The position numbers were made by a program, and so were the translations under genes. A stretch of DNA of 64,000 nucleotides from the human T2T-CHM13v2.0 reference genome, Homo sapiens, in the NCBI RefSeq assembly GCF_009914755.1, contig NC_060934.1; one strand, 5' to 3'. The notes under the pieces are model-generated. The model was not told where the DNA came from, searched no databases, and was given only the letters and a program-made list of their open reading frames with translations. This document shows, piece by piece, positions 55,153 through 64,000 of the stretch. Every line of letters starts with the position of its first letter. The stretch's first letter is position 1.

Positions 55153-58042
55153 TACTCAAGGCTTTTTGTTTTCCCATTAGTAGCGTCCCACCAGAGAGTT
55201 GTCTTTCAAGAAAGATTTCTGGGTTTATCACCAAGGATCTCAGAGAAGTAGAGGCTGAGTCTAAAGAGAAGTGCCGCTGCAGCCAGGAAGGAAGGGGGCA
55301 GATGGGACTCCTTTTTCCACTTGATAGACTTTTTTATTGAGTAAGACTTTCTCTTTTGGTGAAAGAGAAAGTCACAGACCTCATCCAGTGAAGGCTTCAT
55401 CTCTCTGCCATGGATTCACCTCTAGTGGTGATTAAATTATGTGCCTCATTCTGTCTCTACCAGGGTGGAAATCCGTGACTTTCTAATTTGTTCCTACTTC
55501 CCTTTGAACTCACATCCCAATTAGTGGCACTTTAGTGGCAGTCAGGGGACAGCACATAGTGAAAGAAACCCAGAGAAGCTGACAGAGCAGAGCGGGCTTG
55601 TGAGCTGGGGTTCCGCAGTGTGCTAGGGATGCGGAGCCTTCCCAGGGCAACACGACCGCACACAGTGAGTGTTACAGGCGTGTCTGAGTTCTGTCTATGC
55701 GTTTAAATGTATACATCTATTTTGTTTCCTCTTAAAGGCCCCAGGCCACATGTACTAACAATTCAGATTGTGTTAAGGAAAAAGAAGCCCTTCTCACTAC
55801 ACATACACACACATGCTTACATGTGCAATACAAATACAAAGTAAGAAAACCAACAACATCCCAAACACGCCACAAGAGCACAAAAGGGCTAGATTTCTCC
55901 TCACCAAGAAATACCACTCTCTCTGCTCCCCGAACATGGGGACTCCGGGTTTTTCTCAGGGCCCCAAAGAAGAACCATTCCATCCAACAGGCAGTATTTC
56001 GGAGCCTGCACAAGGCTTCCAAATGTTCCCAGGAGCTCTCTCTCTCTCTCTCCACCTGTGAATGGCTGGGTGGCATTGTTGGCTGTTTCTTTCATTCCCC
56101 CTCTGCTTTGAACACAGAAACTAGCGGTTTTTGTTTTTTTTTTCTTTGTCAATGTCTCCCAGAAGTAGTAGTCCCTACCCCAATGTATACGGGAGCACGG
56201 GATCACAGGTGGATACCGATTGGTTGTTGCTGGGACACCATTCCTAGAAGTCTCTGGCAGTGTGTCTAAGAATAATGTCAGTACATTGCAGACCCTACAG
56301 GTGCCTGTGGGCAAGATGGGTATTTTGGGATCTCAGATGGCACGGGTAATTCTGGGACTTCTCCTCACAGGAGACAAGGAACTGCCATGGTAATGTTGAT
56401 TTCCACACTTTATGAATACATGACAGAGAAGCACTGCTAATTAAACAAACATGAGATGAACAAGACAACAGCAATAAATTGTGAGCTAATTTAAAATAAT
56501 AAAAGACATCCAAAAGAAATGAATCACAATACAGAAAGATAAAACCCTGTTTAAATAATTTGGGGGTATGTTCCAGAAACCAGGTGCTAAGTAATCATTT
56601 AATTCTTCATTTCCATGGAATTCTTTAAGGTTCCTCACTGGGAAATGATTTTTAAAAAATCACAGCTTAAATAATTTAAATGAAAACATGTCTAAGGATG
56701 TTATGTGACAAAATTTCTGTAGTTTCTCAACCACATTTTGGAGGAATGTTTTCAAAAATTATCTGGGCACTCTATAAATGTTAAGGTTTTTTTCATTACA
56801 AGGTTTATGTTACTTGGTGAAATTTTAATGTAATGAAACATTCAGCTGGACCTTGTGCTGGATGTAAAATAAAATTATTCATTGAAAATCAGACCACAGG
56901 CCACCTACTGTTTTTTTTAACAAATGGTTGAACTATCACGGGGTTACAGAACTTAACATGTAAATTGCAGTAGAACTTATAATTTCTGAATCAAACCCCC
57001 AAAGACTGCCATTTAAGTCAAATATATGAGTGAAATTTTGCTTCTGTGCTATAATAATGCAATGAAATGGTCAAAAATCTGCACATATCTGGAGTAATTA
57101 TTAACCCAATAATAATGTATTTTTAGTTATTTAATCAAAGGTATAAAAATTATTAATGTCAAGTTCTTCTTACAAAGATGAAGTTTTAACCACCAGCGTT
57201 TAATTTCAAGGGTGATGATGCTAAATCTCACCCATTAGGGGAATTTCTCACAAAGCCAAGCAGTACAAGCAAGAGAAAGATTGCAGCTCACATTTCAGGT
57301 CATTACTAGGAAATAGCAGAAAAGAACTATTTTTCTCCAACATGGTCTCGAGCTAATTTTTAACATTAACTGAAATTGATCAATCTTCCATAAACTCAAC
57401 TTGATCTATGGGCTAAGACAGAAACCATGAAGCAAATCCCATTGAAATCACATCCCTCATAGGTAAACATCAGTAGGAAGTGTGGGGGCTGAATATTTCT
57501 GCCGCACACTGCCCAAATCCTATTGTTTTCTATTTTGTGCTGCAGGGAAATCTGAAAGGTGACTTTATGTCACCTGGTAGCAGTAATAGAATTTTTCCCT
57601 TTTGCTTCATCCCCTGAATGTTAAAACCTGCTGGTAATACAGAAATGTCCATTTTCATATCAGACCTGCTTAGGAGGTTGGGTTGCTCAAGAGTGCCTCA
57701 GTTGATGTCCCCCTTATGACCCCACTTGGTCTCCACGGATTTCCCTCGGACAAATGTCTTGCCTTCCACTGATGACACAGAAATTTCCACCTGTGACCTT
57801 CTGGCTGCCTATACCCCAAGACATCAGGAGGTAAAATTTTATTTTTGCAGCCATTGGGTATAAACATATTGCACCTCACCCTGTCTTCCCCACGTCTGGG
57901 CGGTCAATAGGACCAGCAGGAACTCAACTCTGGCGTTATGGGGAAAATGAAATTTGTTCCATAGCTACTGGAAGAGCAGAGTCCACTGAAAGTAAAGGAT
58001 GATCCCCAAAGTTTCCATCCACCAAATGACACCACTTCCTTT

Positions 58043-58729
<687 letters not shown>

Positions 58730-58888
58730 CCCTGCCGCTCACAAGTCCTGGTATCAATATCGCTGGGTCGGCTTATCAGCGTTCTCATATTTCACCCGAG
58801 AACCTGCACCGCCAAAGAGCCGATGATGTACCTCTCCCATCCTGGTTCTGTTCCTGCCCCCCTGGCCCAGTGTGATTCCTCCATGGTC

Positions 58889-59095
58889 CTTGAATCCTCC
58901 ACTGTCACTACTCTTTCATCATTATCTAAGGTGATCGGTCAGCTCCGTGCCACCCCCTGTCTTTTCGATTCAGTGCCAACTGCACTACGGAAAGCTGTCA
59001 GTCCTGCACCTTTTCCATCTGCACTGAGTCTCATTAACACCTCTCTTTCCTCTGGCTATTTGCCACTGCGACTTAAGGAGACTGTTGTTCCTAAA
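58889..59095 (+). mobile_element. Ancient L2/CR1-clade LINE ORF2 fragment (N-terminal reverse-transcriptase region), still in frame
   Basis: Translation LSSLSKVIGQLRATPCLFDSVPTALRKAVSPAPFPSALSLINTSLSSGYLPLRLKETVVP fits the CxLDPxPTxLLK...IINxSLxxGxxPxxxKxxxVxP pattern of L2-type ORF2. Confidence 0.75.
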
Positions 59096-59424
59096 CACAC
59101 ACAAGAAAACCATGTTGAAATGCAGTTGTGGGTCTGTCTAATTTAAACTCACAAATACTGAGTAATTTTGAGTTAAAATAACTCATAGCAAGCTTTAAAG
59201 CAACTTTTAGCCTCTCCATTTCCATTTAAACCAAAACTTTGCCTGCAGCCTGGACACGGAGTTCTCAGTGAATCACCCAGTCAATGCATTTTTAAAATAT
59301 GTTCCTACAATGACCAATAATTATGAATTGCTAAGCTACCAGAGAGACATAGGCCTAGAACAGGAAGAGTACTTTCAGATATAATAAATGGCAGCTGAGA
59401 ATATAATGTGTGTGTTGTATTTAG

Positions 59425-59843
<419 letters not shown>

Positions 59844-60784
59844 CATAAGACTTTTTTTTTTTAAATCAGGTGCACAAATACTTCTTAGAAAACCCATCCT
59901 AAGGGATAACCATATCTGACCATCCACTCGGAGAAGGGAAATCGCTGGATCTGACATTTCACCGTCAACAAGGTACACACCCAAGATTCCCAGAAATGTT
60001 TAGTGGGATCCAAGAAGTTCCAGCCTCTGACTGTCACAGGAAGTCATCCTCCAGTCAGGTCCCTAAAGTAGCAGTATCCTCACTGTGATCTTCGGATTCC
60101 TGAGGCTGCAGAGTTCCATATGGCTTAGACTCTTCATTTGCTATTTGTCTGTGGACCAAGACTGAGGCCATCTTGGTTTTTTCCACCCTGTCTTCATGTC
60201 CATGTGTCTCAGGGGAAAGGACAGAATGAGGACTAGGAAACACCCATCATAGCGTTGGGCTCACCTAGCATCTGCATAGACTGGGTCACTCTCAGCTTCT
60301 AGATGGCAGGCTGGGCATGGAAGTGGTGGAAGCCTGGACCTGCGGGGCTACCCGCTGGCTGGATCCACACATCTTGGTTGGACCACTGTGCACCCAGCAA
60401 TGATAACCAGTTAGCTCACGAACGAAGGAAGAACAGTGGCTCCTTACCCCTGTGCCGGTGCATACAGACTCTATGGGCAACCACATTCTCCTGGAATCCC
60501 TACTTCACTTTCCTTCTTTCTCACTAGACTCTGAGCCAACTGCCAGTTGTATTATGGTTTCAGAGCCCAGCACAGAGCATGTCACCCAAATAATTGAGTG
60601 ACTGCATCTTCCGTGGGACCCACACTTATTTAAGACAGGTGTATTCACAGGGATAATTCACTAGTGCTCCAGGCACTTGTTATGCCCCAGAGGAGTCAGG
60701 GGAGAACACAAGAAGGAAACTGAGGCTGGGCCTGAGGAGCTCACAGGGAGCATCTGATGCCACTTCTTGGGGAGCACCCAAGTG

Positions 60785-61135
60785 CATATCCCGCTTATCC
60801 ACTCATCCCCCCAAAATGACAGGATGAAGTTGCCTTTTATTTTGCACTTGCTTTCTGAAAAAATGTATAACTGGGCAGAGAAATGGGCAGAAGAAGAGAA
60901 GAGAATGCCAGGAAAGAACCTGAATAAACCAGCAACAGAATATCAGCATGTAAATATTCAAAAGCCATCATAGCCCAGAGTTAAAAGGATTAAAGACATC
61001 AACTTTGTAAAAATGGCAACTGTCACCAGTGCATATGGGCAAATATCATTAAAGCCCCAGAAGCTCCCAGGTGCCTGACCTGGCCTGCACTTCCCCACCC
61101 GCTGAACACCCCAGCCTAATCAGCGCCACTGCCAG
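60785..61135 (+). repeat. Local direct duplication B, copy 2 (no Alu)
   Basis: A single AATATTCAAAAGCCA where copy 1 has the Alu plus duplicated site. Confidence 0.96.
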
Positions 61136-61529
61136 GGTCTTTACAGTTTGACAAAGAGGTTTTCGGGTGCATTTTCAGGAATTTCCTAAGTAGGTTCTGA
61201 TATTTTAATGGTGCCCACTTTGATGGCTGCCCGTGGCGGGTACCAGTTGATGTGGGAGTGATCAGGGACACTGTGCAGCGGGCTGAGGCCTCCACAGCAA
61301 AAGAGAAAACTAGCCCAGCTCGGTGTGTCCACCTCAGTCTCTGACCTACTCCAGGACATACCCACCATGTAAGGCCAGCCCTGATAGCCACATTTAGGGA
61401 GCACCTAGTGCACAACTTGATATGGTACCCGTGCTTAGAAAGCCCGAGGCTCATAGCCGGGGGCTCACCTGGCAGCCCCTGACCCATGCCTCAGCACCTG
61501 GGTGCAAAAGGCCTTTGGCCATTCTGGAT

Positions 61530-62129
61530 TGTAAACCAAAAATAAAATTGAAGGTCCCCCACCCCAACCATTTAAATGGACTCCTTCCTCAGCCAGGGTA
61601 CAGGAAAGTTAACCTGAAGGACTTGGTCAGGCCATGACAGGAAGGTGGCATCTGACAGACCTTGCTATACCCTCCTCCCTTTTGGATTTCAGGAAAATCC
61701 AGCCAGCATTTATCATCAACACAGAACTTAAGTCTGATAAGAAACCTTTACCATCTATTCTTTCTGAAGCCTACTACCTGGAGGCTTCTTTTGCATGATG
61801 AAACTTTGGGACAACCCAAACATTCCTTTCTACTGGTAATAACTCTTTCAACCAATTGCCAATGAGAACATTTTTAAATCTACTTGTAACTTAGAAGCCC
61901 CCATGCTTCAAGTTGTCCTGCCTTTCTGGACCGAACCAACAAACATCTTAAATGTATTTGATTGATGTCTCACGTCTCCTTAAAATGTATAAAACCAAGC
62001 TGTACCCAGACCATCTTGGACACATATTCTCAGGATCTCCTGAGGGCTGTGTCAAGGGCCATGGTCACTCATATTTGGCTCAAAATAAATCTCCAGATAT
62101 TTTACAGAGTTTTACTCTTTTCATCAACA
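61530..62129 (+). mobile_element. ERV1 solo LTR (MER4 family, MER4A1-like), 600 bp
   Basis: TGTAAACCAAAAATAAAATT...TTTTACAGAGTTTTACTCTTTTCATCAACA with TG..CA ends, 4-bp TSD GGAT/GAAT, and AATAAA near 62083. Confidence 0.9.
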
Positions 62130-62252
62130 GAATGAACACTTTTTGCCCTTGATTTTTCTGTATCTTTGTGAAAAAAATTGACTTTGGAAATGCTATCACT
62201 AACCCCAAGTGAATCAGAACACACTGAGGGGAAACAGTTTTTAAAATATGGC

Positions 62253-62423
62253 TGTTATGGATGGAATGTTTGTGTCCCCCACAGATTCATATATTGGAGC
62301 CTCAACTCTCCATGTGATGGTATTTGGAGATGGGACCTGTGGGAGGTGATTGGGGTTAGATGTGGCCACAACGGTGGGGTCCTCATGACAAGATTATTGT
62401 CCTTATAAGAGACATGAGAGCTT

Positions 62424-62471
<48 letters not shown>

Positions 62472-62697
62472 CCCCCCCCCCCACCTCCATCTCTCTCCCC
62501 CTCTCCCTCTGTCTCTCTGCCAGGTGAAGACATAGCAAGAAGGCAGCCATCTGCAAGCCAGGAACAGAGCTCTTCCCAACACTGCTGGCACCCTGAGCTT
62601 GGACTTCCAGCCCCCAAAACTGTAAGATGATAAATGTCTATTGTATAAGCCACAAGTCTATGGTATTTCATTACAGAAGCCCGAGCTGACTAAGGCA
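62253..62697 (+). mobile_element. MaLR solo LTR (MLT1A-like) with internal (CT)n/C-run expansion
   Basis: TGTTATGGATGGAATGTTTGTGTCCCC...GCTGACTAAGGCA. (CT)n at 62424-62468. Confidence 0.9.
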
Positions 62698-63694
62698 AGG
62701 GCTCTACAAAAGAAAGCTATTTTTGAATTCAGGGAGCCCAAAAACCATAATCACCAATTATTTTTGCTTGAAATTAGATAAAGCAAAAGTGACTTCATGA
62801 GAGAGTAAAAGGGGACAGAGAGGAAGAAGAAAGAATATGGAAGGAAAAACAAAGTCTGTGGAAAATTTTTCTTTGAAGCATTCAGCTTGGATGCTGAATG
62901 CCAACCTTTAGTCCAGGTTGGATTTTTAGAGCCAAATTAGATACTCCTAAAATATTTCTGTGTAATTGAAACATTTTCATAAATGCCTGAATGAATGGCA
63001 TGGCTATAATAAGCATCTTTTCTGGGCTAGATTACACCATCATACCAAGTTAGAGTCCTAATTATCAGGTTTTCTTGGGAACAACTGGCTGAGCACGCTT
63101 GTACTAAAATATATTTAATTTGGTTTTATATAGCACCTTTTAGTTCACACTGTGCCTTATTTCAAACTGCTTTAATGAGTAATGAATTAGATACTTGCAG
63201 GGCAGTGACTCCAAATGAATGGAGGAGATACTACAGGCTCAGCAACAGCTCAACTTGGAAAACCAGGGCCTGCGTGGAAGCTTAGCTCCTATTCTCTGCA
63301 GGAAGGGCCATGCTGCCATGCCTTCCCACACAACCTCACAATGCACAAAGTGGCTGACGCTGGGGAGCCTAGGGGAGCAGCACGGGGATCGTGGCATGCT
63401 CTGTGGTGGGGCAGGTGCTAGGGAGACATGAGGCTGTGTGCAGCTGGCAGGCAGAGTGGGTACCTGGAGAGGACAGAGCTGCCCGCAGCCGTATCTCAGT
63501 CAGCAGACAGCAGCAGGGAGCCAGCCATCTGCCATTGTGTGTCCCCAGCAGTGGGCTTGTTGAGCATGACATTAGGGAATTTGATTAGAAACAATTTTAG
63601 AAAATCCAGGCAAGCAGGGACTAGGACTCAGAGTCCTGTCCCCAAGCTCAGGTAGGTCCCTAGAAGTCCCTCAGAGCCTGAATTTCTGTATGTT

Positions 63695-63818
63695 TAAGGT
63701 GATCATTTGTCCCAGTTTGCAAGTTGCAGAGGGGTTCCCTGGGACATGTGCCATCCTGCAGAATATTCAGTGCTAAGCTGGGAAAGTCCTGGGCAAACAG
63801 GGACCAGTTGGCCACTCC
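63695..63818. mobile_element. MER81-like hAT-Blackjack MITE
   Basis: GGTGATCATTTGTCCCAGTTTGC ... GCAAACAGGGACCAGTTGGCCAC inverted termini. Confidence 0.75.
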
Positions 63819-63829
63819 ACCAATATCCA

Positions 63830-63995
63830 GAGTGGTATTCCTCAAAGGCTGATGCGCAGACCATCTGCATCTGCTCATTAAAAACCCAGACACCTGTGCC
63901 TTCACCTGAGACCTACTGATTCCTAATTGCATGGGTGAAGAATCCAATAGAGTGCATTTAACCAGTGCTTTGGTTGACTCATATATGCAAACTAC
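63830..63995. mobile_element. MER5-like hAT-Charlie fragment
   Basis: agtggtattcctcaaag..cagacacctgtgccttcacctgagacctactgattc..tgcatttaac. Confidence 0.5.
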
Positions 63996-64000
63996 TTCTT

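Overview
Primate (almost certainly human) non-coding genomic DNA. It carries many AluJ/S/Y copies with target-site duplications, MaLR/ERVL/ERV1 solo LTRs, MIR/L2/L1 remnants, DNA-transposon MITEs, minisatellites and microsatellites. No long coding exon, RNA gene or CRISPR array is visible, and almost all ORFs in the six-frame track look spurious. The best non-repeat signals point to a minus-strand spliced transcript: a CpG-rich patch near 48 kb with a strong-context ATG and a 5' splice site, a 17-nt microexon with near-consensus splice sites at 886-902, and a well-formed acceptor at 85-87. Joined, these would read MAFFTARGPGFRDPQHEKQCSL*. That joining is inference, and I cannot name the gene. 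Other notable structure: two roughly 350-410-bp direct duplications about 2.7 kb apart (one keeps the empty site of an Alu insertion), an inverted pair of MIR-derived arms about 90% identical, an ancient LINE fragment that still reads in-frame as reverse-transcriptase sequence, and about 10 kb with almost no transposons around the candidate promoter. Repeat subfamily names are recognised by eye and boundaries are approximate unless a TSD is given.
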